Shown in pieces: positions 8,463 through 16,767 of a DNA stretch of 64,000 nucleotides. A program made the translations under genes and the position numbers. Location of the stretch: NCBI GenBank assembly GCA_021801225.1, contig JAJYYF010000011.1, positions 6,113-70,112 of the forward strand. The letters run 5' to 3'. This stretch comes from Candidatus Micrarchaeota archaeon (lineage in GTDB: Archaea; Micrarchaeota; Micrarchaeia; Micrarchaeales; CABMGC01). The notes beneath the pieces are model-generated. The model was not told the origin of the DNA. It was given only the letters and a program-made list of their open reading frames with translations, and searched no databases. Each line of letters opens with the position of its first letter. Positions within the stretch are counted from its first letter, which is position 1.

Positions 8463-10190
8463 TCATAACGATATAAAACTTGGAACTTCGCCTTTTTTAT
8501 CTAATTTGAAAAAACCTGTTTTTTCAAACTGAACAACTTCTCCTTCAGATAATAACTCAGCATAACTTTCAACGTAACCTTCTTTTATTAGTATACTTTC
8601 GTTATTAAATTCGTCGCCATTAAGCAAATTTCTTACCTCATACAACTTACATTGTAAGAGATTACCGTAATTTACCCATTGAATTTTAGGACCCGTAGAT
8701 GTTTTTTCGGTGTACTTTGCAGTTATAATGTCTTTAGTTATACTTTCAATTGTTACATCAAACAAATCCTTAAATCTCAAATCTCCATTTACAATTAGAT
8801 TATTTGCGTCATATGTATTTATAAAGAATATGTTGCTTAACGTGTAGTTTCTGTAACCTAAATCAGTACTAGGGTGTAACTTCAACTTTACAGATTTTTT
8901 ATTTTCAGGGATTCCTTTTACCTCTACTTTTAGAGGTGAACCGATATAAAAAAGTCTTTTTGAATGTGAATCTAAAAGTTTTTTATTTTCATTTAATAAC
9001 ATGCTTATATCTACTTTGCTTTCACTTTTGTTCATTCCAAACCTAAGCGAAAACTCTTTTATTGCCAAAGGTTTAATACCTCTTCTTCTTAAACCAGCTA
9101 TAGTTACTAGTCTTGGATCATCATAGCCCCATAGATAACCTTGTTTGACTAACTCGTTTATTTTTCTTTTTGATGTTAAATTATCCTTAATTTCTAACCT
9201 GCCTACTGTGTGTATACGTGGTTTTCTTAGATTTAATAAATCTAAAATATAAAAGTAAAGCTCGTCCATTAACTCGAACTCTTTGCTTCGGATAACATCC
9301 GTAATACCTTTTACCGAATCGATTATAGGAGTATTTATTGCATATGTAGGCCATACAGTATATTTATTTCCTTGACGATAGTGATTTGCTATTTTTATTC
9401 TAAAAAGAGTTGGATCCCTCATTACTGTATTCTGCGCTTTTAAGTCATAGTTCAGACGTATTATTATATCATTTTTATTTGTTCCTTTTAACATATCTCT
9501 CCATAAATCCATATTTTCATGGATAGCTTGTTTTTTATGTTTACATGGAACACCATCAAATCTGCTTTTTTTAACTTCATCTGGAGAACAGGTACATGCG
9601 TAGGCCTTTCCCAGTGAGATAAGTTTTTCTGCATTAGAGTAAATTAGCTCTATGTTATCACTTGCATAATACTCCAGATCATACTTTATGCCCAACCAAT
9701 GAAGATCATTTTTAATTGCATCCACATACTCTTGCTTTTCTTTCTCTGGATTTGTATCATCAAAATAAAGAGCAAGTTTGCCATTATAAACATCTGCAAA
9801 CTCTCTTTCAGTGAATACAACTTTAGCATGGCCTATTTGCATATAGCCATTTGGCTCGGGCGGAAATCTTGTCATGAATTTTCCAACTTCTGCGCCTTCA
9901 ATAGTGAAGTTATGTTTTGAACTTTTCTCTGCTTTCTCTTGAGCCTCTTTTTTAAATAAATCTAAAAACTCTGATGCCTCGTGTTCTAACTGTTTTTTAG
10001 ACAGCATGTTTATTTCTAATACCTGCTTGTCTAAGTATTCTGAAAGTGTTTTTATATCTAATTTTAGTTCAGGAAATTTATAGAAGATCTTACTTATTAC
10101 ATTTTCTTTTTTAGCTTTACCATAATCTAATGCATTTTTCAGGAGTAATTTGTGTATCTCTTTTTTTTGTACTTCATTCAACATTATCAA
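8463..10190 (-). CDS. gltX: Glutamyl-tRNA synthetase, archaeal type
   Basis: 575 aa. Class I HIGH-type motif PEPNGYMQIGHAK, a catalytic core collinear with archaeal/eukaryotic GluRS, and a KMSKS-like LTSKRK. Confidence 0.9.
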   Translation of the reverse strand: MIMLNEVQKKEIHKLLLKNALDYGKAKKENVISKIFYKFPELKLDIKTLSEYLDKQVLEINMLSKKQLEHEASEFLDLFKKEAQEKAEKSSKHNFTIEGAEVGKFMTRFPPEPNGYMQIGHAKVVFTEREFADVYNGKLALYFDDTNPEKEKQEYVDAIKNDLHWLGIKYDLEYYASDNIELIYSNAEKLISLGKAYACTCSPDEVKKSRFDGVPCKHKKQAIHENMDLWRDMLKGTNKNDIIIRLNYDLKAQNTVMRDPTLFRIKIANHYRQGNKYTVWPTYAINTPIIDSVKGITDVIRSKEFELMDELYFYILDLLNLRKPRIHTVGRLEIKDNLTSKRKINELVKQGYLWGYDDPRLVTIAGLRRRGIKPLAIKEFSLRFGMNKSESKVDISMLLNENKKLLDSHSKRLFYIGSPLKVEVKGIPENKKSVKLKLHPSTDLGYRNYTLSNIFFINTYDANNLIVNGDLRFKDLFDVTIESITKDIITAKYTEKTSTGPKIQWVNYGNLLQCKLYEVRNLLNGDEFNNESILIKEGYVESYAELLSEGEVVQFEKTGFFKLDKKGEVPSFISL

Positions 10191-10843
10191 CCACTTTTTG
10201 TCGTTATACTAGTTTGATAAACAGTTCCATTTTTATAAACAAGGACTGATATATCGACAGGTACAGTTAAAGAGTTCCTAGGTATAGATACATTTAAGTA
10301 AATTGTTCTAGTAGTGTTTGGAAGCAGTATAGGAAATGTTTGGGGTTTGGTCCCTGCAGTTGAGCTTAATGTAAAGTTCACATATTTTGGAATTGATAAC
10401 TGGGCTTCAGCATTCATATTGACACAGTTTATTTCATTAGATGGAACGGTTGTTTTTAAATAATTGTATAAAGTAATTGGAGTGTATGAACCTAAATCTA
10501 TAGAAAATACATTTTGTGTTGAGTAAAATGTTGAAACTGAGTTGTTGCCCTCTAGTTTTGTTAATATTGTACTAACATTTGTAGATGTAAAGTTATAAGT
10601 AGGATTTTTGCATGTAAGAAATAAGTTAGCCGTTCCTGTATAATTTTCTATTACAGCATTTGAGTAGCTGTTCAAATAAATGGTTTGCGAAACAGGACCC
10701 GTAGTAGATGCATTTTGACTTGACGAACCGTTAGTATTTGTTTGTAATGAGGACAGTACGGCATAAGATGATATGAAAATTGCTCCTATGAAAAGAGAAA
10801 ATATAACTTCAATCTTTTTTTTGTTATCCATTGCATCACACAA
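10187..10843 (-). CDS. Membrane-anchored or secreted hypothetical protein rich in N-x-S/T sequons
   Basis: 218 aa. N-terminal anchor (VIFSLFIGAIFISSYAVL). Its stop overlaps the gltX start by 4 nt. Confidence 0.5.
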   Translation of the reverse strand: MCDAMDNKKKIEVIFSLFIGAIFISSYAVLSSLQTNTNGSSSQNASTTGPVSQTIYLNSYSNAVIENYTGTANLFLTCKNPTYNFTSTNVSTILTKLEGNNSVSTFYSTQNVFSIDLGSYTPITLYNYLKTTVPSNEINCVNMNAEAQLSIPKYVNFTLSSTAGTKPQTFPILLPNTTRTIYLNVSIPRNSLTVPVDISVLVYKNGTVYQTSITTKSG

Positions 10844-10948
10844 ACATTTTAATAATAAAGCTATATAATATATAGGCTAAATTAAAAGGCTTTCTGGAAC
10901 AAGTATGGTTTTGATTGCACTTTAAATTTAGAAAATTAAGGAGATTTT

Positions 10949-11635
10949 ATGGCTTTGAAAGAAGGAGATTTTGTAGAGATAGAGTATAGTATTTGGAGAG
11001 GTTCAGACAATAGTTTAGTATTGACAACTGAGAAAAAACTAGCTGAAGATAACAAAATATATGATAAAGAGTTTGTATACAAACCCAGATTAGTTATAAT
11101 TGGAAAGGATAATATGATAAAAGGAGTTACAGATGCACTTAAAGGAATGAACGTTGGAGAGAATAAAAAGCTTGAGATAACTCCAGAGAATGCTTTTGGG
11201 AATCGTATTCAAGAGTTAGTTCGTGTTTTACCTGTATCTGATTTTAGAAAGAGAGATATGGATCCATATCCTGGAATGCAGATAGAGATAGACGGATCTG
11301 TAGCTACTGTAATGAGTGTAAACTCAGGAAGGGTAATGGTAGATGCTAATCATCCATTAGCAGGAGAAAAGATAACTTGCGATTTAAAGGTATTGAAAAA
11401 ATTGGATAGTACTGAAGAAAAAGCAAAGAGCATACTCAACCAATATGGTTTAACACATGAAAAACTGCAGATAAATAACAAGGAATTGATCATAACTTTC
11501 GGAAGTGAGGTAAAAAAAGATGGAAAATACTTCATAGATAAGTCTTCAGCAGTAGATACAATAATTGCAAATGTTCCTGATGTAGAAAAAGTAGTTATAC
11601 AAGAAGAGTATAAAAAAGACTCTAAACAAAAGTAA
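10949..11635 (+). CDS. FKBP-type peptidyl-prolyl cis-trans isomerase (long archaeal SlyD-like type with insert-in-flap)
   Basis: 228 aa. EGDFVEIEY start, GENKKLEITPENAFG, and VMVDANHPLAGEKITCDLKVL. Confidence 0.85.
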   Translation: MALKEGDFVEIEYSIWRGSDNSLVLTTEKKLAEDNKIYDKEFVYKPRLVIIGKDNMIKGVTDALKGMNVGENKKLEITPENAFGNRIQELVRVLPVSDFRKRDMDPYPGMQIEIDGSVATVMSVNSGRVMVDANHPLAGEKITCDLKVLKKLDSTEEKAKSILNQYGLTHEKLQINNKELIITFGSEVKKDGKYFIDKSSAVDTIIANVPDVEKVVIQEEYKKDSKQK

Positions 11636-11675
11636 TAATTAATAATTAATTTTTGTTTTTTTTATTTTATTTTAA

Positions 11676-11873
11676 TTACTCGTTTATATTTAATGCATAA
11701 GTTCCGTTTACAGTAATACCTAATTTTTTAGCTATATCTGATTTTTCAACATTTAATATAACAACATATCCATTCCATTGCGTGGTCATATTGCTTTGAC
11801 CACAGATAGGACATTTTTCTCCTTGAGATATTATTACTTTGCAGTTACGACATGCTTTTTCCATATAACTCAC
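11676..11873 (-). CDS. spt4: Transcription elongation factor Spt4 (RNA polymerase subunit E'')
   Basis: 65 aa. CRNC...CPIC zinc ribbon followed by W.GYVVILNVEKSDIAKKLGI..GTYAL. Overlaps rpo7 by 4 nt, the conserved archaeal gene pair. Confidence 0.8.
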   Translation of the reverse strand: MSYMEKACRNCKVIISQGEKCPICGQSNMTTQWNGYVVILNVEKSDIAKKLGITVNGTYALNINE

Positions 11874-12463
11874 TTCTTTCCTGGGCGTGGTTTTGTATGT
11901 TTCTTGATTTGTTTTTTATCTTTTGTTTGAGGTTCTTTTAACCACTCTAGTTTACCTAGACCGTCAGGTCTCATTGTCAATGCTATTTTTGTATCTTTTA
12001 TATTGTTCTTAAGACTAATTGTTGATACTTTAGCGTATACCGTATCTCCTTTCTTTAGATTTTTTCCTGAAGTCCTTGATACAAATGCACTTGATTTTCT
12101 ATCATAATTTATGAAGTCGTTTGTTATTTGAGACATGTGAACTAAACCATCAATCGGACCTAATCTTACAAAACAACCGAAGTCTACTAATTCAGATACC
12201 TCCCCAGTAACTACTTCTCCGACATCTAAATTAAATGTAAGTAAATTAAATCGTACATTGTGATGTGTAGAGGGATCTCCTGGAAGAATAAATCCATCGC
12301 TTATATCTTTAACATCAAATAAAGCTAGTATTATGCCCAACTCTTTGTCTATAGTTCTTTCATATTTTGATCTTAATATTTGAGTTGCAGTAGTTTGTAT
12401 ATCCTCCCCAAAATTGCTAGGAGGTATGCTTATGGTATCTTTTATAGTATGTATGTAATACAA
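11870..12463 (-). CDS. rpo7: DNA-directed RNA polymerase subunit Rpo7 (E')
   Basis: 197 aa. N-terminal Rpb7-like domain plus an S1 fold (GEVVTGEVSELVDFGCFVRLGPIDGLVHMSQI). Confidence 0.85.
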   Translation of the reverse strand: MYYIHTIKDTISIPPSNFGEDIQTTATQILRSKYERTIDKELGIILALFDVKDISDGFILPGDPSTHHNVRFNLLTFNLDVGEVVTGEVSELVDFGCFVRLGPIDGLVHMSQITNDFINYDRKSSAFVSRTSGKNLKKGDTVYAKVSTISLKNNIKDTKIALTMRPDGLGKLEWLKEPQTKDKKQIKKHTKPRPGKK

Positions 12464-12525
12464 AATCTCACCTAAGGGTTAAAAATTATATTAATATTTA
12501 AGAGTAAATTAATTTAAGCTTATCG

Positions 12526-12936
12526 TTATCTTAGTTTCCCAGAGTTAGTTATGCTAATTACAGCAACTCCCATTGATTTTAGCTTTTTCCTTAATTTTAT
12601 ATCATTTGTGCATATTATATACTTCCCAGAGCTTGATTCTGAAAGTATCCATGAATCGACATATATATTTGAATCAACAACAGTTATGTTTCTATTTTTA
12701 TTTTTAATAGTATTCAATGCGATGTTTGCTTGAAGCTTTAATTTTTTTGAAGAATTAGAGAATTTCTTTAACTCACGAATAACTCCTTTTGAGATTAGTA
12801 TTTTTAAGTGAGAGTAGTTGTCGTTTTCTAATATTATGTCAAAGATATTTTTATTGTATTTTAAACCGAATAATATTGAACTCGTATCTATAATAAGTTC
12901 TTTGCTTTCCATGCAAAAATATTTATAACAAACCAT
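12526..12936 (-). CDS. PIN-domain protein (Fcf1/Utp24-like), conserved neighbour of rpo7-spt4
   Basis: LIIDTSSILF (N-terminal acidic residue) and CTNDIKLRKKLKSMGVAVI (C-terminal PIN motif). The real start is probably the internal MESKE (about 12912). Confidence 0.7.
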   Translation of the reverse strand: MVCYKYFCMESKELIIDTSSILFGLKYNKNIFDIILENDNYSHLKILISKGVIRELKKFSNSSKKLKLQANIALNTIKNKNRNITVVDSNIYVDSWILSESSSGKYIICTNDIKLRKKLKSMGVAVISITNSGKLR

Positions 12937-12964
12937 AATAAAATACTATCTAAAGGCTTGTTTT

Positions 12965-13369
12965 ATGGAATTAGATATGTATGCAGAGGGTCTTTTACAA
13001 AGTTACGAACATCCTTTAAACAAAGGAAGGATAGAGAAACCTCAGATTGAGAAGCATGAAGAGAACATTTCATGTGGAGATAAGATAACTGTTTATTTAA
13101 AGATAGAAAACAATATAATAAAAGATATTAAGTTTGACGGTACTGGCTGTGTTATATCGATGGGCTCTGCAGAGATACTTCTAAATGAACTAAAGGGCAA
13201 AAATATTGAGGAGCTTGAAAACTTTAAAAAGGAGAATCTTCTTGAAACAATAGGAATCGACCCAGGACCTGTAAGAATGCACTGTGCTACTCTTTCTTTA
13301 AGAGCCGTTAAAAAAGGTATCTTTGAGTACCTTAAAAAAGAACCAGATCAATCTACAAAAGAGTTGTAA
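12965..13369 (+). CDS. IscU/SufU-type Fe-S cluster scaffold (NifU N-terminal domain)
   Basis: 134 aa. The three scaffold cysteines sit in SCGD, GTGCVIS and MHCATL contexts. Confidence 0.8.
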   Translation: MELDMYAEGLLQSYEHPLNKGRIEKPQIEKHEENISCGDKITVYLKIENNIIKDIKFDGTGCVISMGSAEILLNELKGKNIEELENFKKENLLETIGIDPGPVRMHCATLSLRAVKKGIFEYLKKEPDQSTKEL

Positions 13370-13533
13370 ATTGTATATAAAAGTATATCAGATAAAATAT
13401 TTCATCACTAATCAGAAATACCTCGTTTCATCACAGTTATTGTTCGTATTTTAAAAATATATAACTTTCCTTTATAAAAATAGAAAAAAACGCTAATAGT
13501 GGAACATTTTGGAAAGATTATTATATCTTAATT

Positions 13534-15846
13534 TTGAATAAAATATTGGGATATTGGATGGATACTGGGTCTAAACTCAGGCCTAGTTTAGCTTCAGTAG
13601 AAGGCGAAGCTAGAGCTCTAGAAAAAGAGATAAATGGCAATAAGTTATCTGAGAGTTTATCTAAGATAAAACGAGCTTCTGCAATAATCACAACCTTTGC
13701 TTTGACTGCCCTAGGCGCAACAAATATATTTAACAATAGGGTAGATGCTGCTCCGTTTACTAGTTATTATTATACTATTCCTACAGTAAAAAGAGACGAG
13801 ATTAAAGTAAAAAAAGATGATGTAGTCATAGGAGGTAAAGAATTTAAACTCTTTAAAGGAAAGTTGCATTACTTCCCAGAAGGAACTAAAAAAAGACCCT
13901 TTGCAACTCAAGAGATAGGTGTATTGAATAAAGATTACGGAGCACCTTCAGAGGGTTTGACTGCCATAAATGTCACTTTAATTGGAACCGCTAATACTAT
14001 CTGGAGGATGAATACAGCCAATTACGCGAATTATTTACAAAATAATGTAGCTAATTATAAAGGATTAGGGTACTACTGCTTTCAAGTAGGTGTACCTTTA
14101 CCTTTTCAAAAAACACAGTATAACCTTGGAGAGGGATTACTTTATCTTGAAACACCTAAAAAAGTTACATATAAAGAGTTCTTATCTGATATAAACACGC
14201 TTTATAAAATAACTAAAAATAATGCCGAGTTTTTCGGTGATTCTAATAAACAATTCATTAAACAGTTTATTTATGATAATGATTATATTCACGGTATGAT
14301 AAATCCTAGAAACCATATAAGAACTAATTTATCTTATGTTGGTGGTAAAACAGCAAGGTACTTTCTAGCCGGAGCATATACGAACGTGAACTTACCTGGA
14401 TTAAAGGTAATTAAGTTTTCAAAAGATGAAAAAAATCATATTAGAGGCTTATTTAAGTTATATTGTGGAGTTCCATTAAAAAAACAAATAAATTATATAC
14501 CAGGGTATGGTGACGGAACATCTTCTTTTCCATTTAAAGTAACAAACAAAGGCTTAAAGTGGAGAGGCCCAGGTTATTATTACTTCAAAGATGCGAATGG
14601 ATCATTTAGATACTCACAATTTATGATATTTAATAAAGTTTATAGTAAATCTTATTTGAAAAAGATCTATAGTATTTTATATTCTAGAATAAATAAGAAA
14701 AAATTGTTAAATATTGACAATTTTATTTACTCTGGAGTAAAAATAAAAGGTAAATTATTTTTTTATGCTCAGACTCCTATACATTTAAGGGATAGAGTTT
14801 CAGTTGGAATGTATCAGGATGGAAGTATTGAACGTCCATACCTATTCCAAAAGTTTTTCAAAAAAGGAAGGTACTTGATGATGGGGGCATTTATAACACC
14901 CGTAATAAACTCTAAGAAGGATTATGAAAAAATATATACTTTACTTAAAAATAGCAAAAGAGCAAAGACTATTATTAAATGGATAGGTCCAGATAGTTTT
15001 TTTACAGTACCTCCAAATATAATAATGGATTATAAAAATACCTATATGCTAAATTTACCTAATAATACACAGTGGGAAAAAATAGCTAATAGAAACAGAA
15101 AAGAGATGTATCAAGGAGAGATTAGATTAGTCCCAGTTAAAGCTAGAAAACACAATTCGGAGGATATATTTTTAGATCCGTCTACATATAAAAATGTTAA
15201 AAAGAATCAAAACGAAAGTTTAGATAATACTCAAAAACAAGACCCTAAAACAAACAATGTAAATCAAGTTATTGGGATTTATAAACAAGATCCTATATTT
15301 TATAAAAAGATAAATGATATAGAATTTGATACGACAAATGATAATAAATACGCATATCAAAGAACTGGAACGAAGGATAACCCATTTCTAAGCAATGAGG
15401 GACCAAGAGGCATTGGTTATTATCAAATAAGTGGCACTGACTTCATGACATCTATGCCCGTAGATGGTACACAGTTAGAAAAGTGGTTTAGAGCATTACA
15501 TAGAAGAGAGGGTTCTGAGTTTGATCTTTCAAAAAGTCTTTATACTGAACAAGAAAAACCAATTGAAAAAAAAATAAATGGATATGTAGTATATGAATAC
15601 AAAAAACAATATACAGAAAATTTTGGCACAGTTACAGAACCATACTTCTTCAATAGATATGCTGCACCAAATTTTGTTGCTGGAACTCCCTCTTACTTCT
15701 TATTAAGGTATAAAGGCAATAAATATGTAAATGTAAAACCAATTGAAAGCATTGAGGGTTTAGAAAAGTTCTATAGTCAGATAACTGGAAAAAGTTTGGC
15801 TGCAAGATTTAAAACAAGAGATAAAATATATAACTTTAAAGAGTAA
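13534..15846 (+). CDS. Large orphan protein, K/Y/F-rich, single hydrophobic segment near the N-terminus
   Basis: 770-aa intact ORF. Hydrophobic AIITTFALTALGA at about residues 50-62. Three (K/R)GxGYY motifs. Its composition is unlike the N/S/T-rich surface proteins around it. No family recognised. Confidence 0.55.
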   Translation: MNKILGYWMDTGSKLRPSLASVEGEARALEKEINGNKLSESLSKIKRASAIITTFALTALGATNIFNNRVDAAPFTSYYYTIPTVKRDEIKVKKDDVVIGGKEFKLFKGKLHYFPEGTKKRPFATQEIGVLNKDYGAPSEGLTAINVTLIGTANTIWRMNTANYANYLQNNVANYKGLGYYCFQVGVPLPFQKTQYNLGEGLLYLETPKKVTYKEFLSDINTLYKITKNNAEFFGDSNKQFIKQFIYDNDYIHGMINPRNHIRTNLSYVGGKTARYFLAGAYTNVNLPGLKVIKFSKDEKNHIRGLFKLYCGVPLKKQINYIPGYGDGTSSFPFKVTNKGLKWRGPGYYYFKDANGSFRYSQFMIFNKVYSKSYLKKIYSILYSRINKKKLLNIDNFIYSGVKIKGKLFFYAQTPIHLRDRVSVGMYQDGSIERPYLFQKFFKKGRYLMMGAFITPVINSKKDYEKIYTLLKNSKRAKTIIKWIGPDSFFTVPPNIIMDYKNTYMLNLPNNTQWEKIANRNRKEMYQGEIRLVPVKARKHNSEDIFLDPSTYKNVKKNQNESLDNTQKQDPKTNNVNQVIGIYKQDPIFYKKINDIEFDTTNDNKYAYQRTGTKDNPFLSNEGPRGIGYYQISGTDFMTSMPVDGTQLEKWFRALHRREGSEFDLSKSLYTEQEKPIEKKINGYVVYEYKKQYTENFGTVTEPYFFNRYAAPNFVAGTPSYFLLRYKGNKYVNVKPIESIEGLEKFYSQITGKSLAARFKTRDKIYNFKE

Positions 15847-15885
15847 ATTTTTATATTAAATCTACATATTTTGAAAACTCAATAA

Positions 15886-16755
15886 TCAAGAAGAATAAAC
15901 TAATTTTAAAGCCAGATTACCATCATAATAAGTATTTGGAAGTTGAATCGCGATATGGAGTGTTTTTCCTACATTACCAGTAAAGTTTAGTGGTAAGTTC
16001 GGAGTTACATTCTCAACATAAAAACCAGATGTTAAGGATGAGACATTCTCTAATGTAAGATTTATTGGAACCTGAAATGTTCCCGAGTAAGAGAATAAAG
16101 AATTTGAAGGTTTAGTTAAATTTATAGCATAAGTATAATTAAATGGAGTGTTGTCGTTATATGGAACTGCTATTGTTTGAAAACTTCCGGTTAAATAATT
16201 AATATTTGTATTATTGCAAGATTTATAGCAATAACTAATTTCAAAGTTTCTACTTATTGACATCTTTGGAAGTATATTATTATTTTTTAAGATTACAGTA
16301 CAATTAAAATCATTTGAAGGGTTTATAATTAAAGGACCACAACCAGTAAAGTTTTCTGGATTTGGATCAAGTAATTCTATTACGTTATTATTTAGGTATA
16401 ATGATGTGTTTAATGTATTTTTAAAGAATAATGTTAATTTGATACTTGAGGTGTTAATCAAGGAGGTTACTTTATAACACGATATAGATTTTTGATAAAC
16501 AGTATTAAAAAAAGTACAACTTGAGTTTGAGTATTTTGACCAATTAACGTTTTTGAAGTATATAGAGTAAGTGAAGTTTTTAATAGTTAGATAACTTATT
16601 GTAGTTGTCGTACTATTATTTGTAAAGCTAGTTGTGGTTGTAGAGTTTGTTTGTACATTTTTTACTTGATTTTTTAGGTTGGTAAGGTAGAAAATACTAA
16701 CTAATAATATAATTACTATCAGACCTGTTAAAATATAATTTATTTTTATTTTCAT
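15886..16755 (-). CDS. Membrane-anchored or secreted hypothetical protein rich in N-x-S/T sequons
   Basis: 289 aa. N-terminal anchor (ILTGLIVIILLVSIFYL) and a T-rich linker. Immediately downstream of the 707-aa pilin-like gene. Confidence 0.5.
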   Translation of the reverse strand: MKIKINYILTGLIVIILLVSIFYLTNLKNQVKNVQTNSTTTTSFTNNSTTTTISYLTIKNFTYSIYFKNVNWSKYSNSSCTFFNTVYQKSISCYKVTSLINTSSIKLTLFFKNTLNTSLYLNNNVIELLDPNPENFTGCGPLIINPSNDFNCTVILKNNNILPKMSISRNFEISYCYKSCNNTNINYLTGSFQTIAVPYNDNTPFNYTYAINLTKPSNSLFSYSGTFQVPINLTLENVSSLTSGFYVENVTPNLPLNFTGNVGKTLHIAIQLPNTYYDGNLALKLVYSS

Positions 16756-16767
16756 TTGATCACTTAG

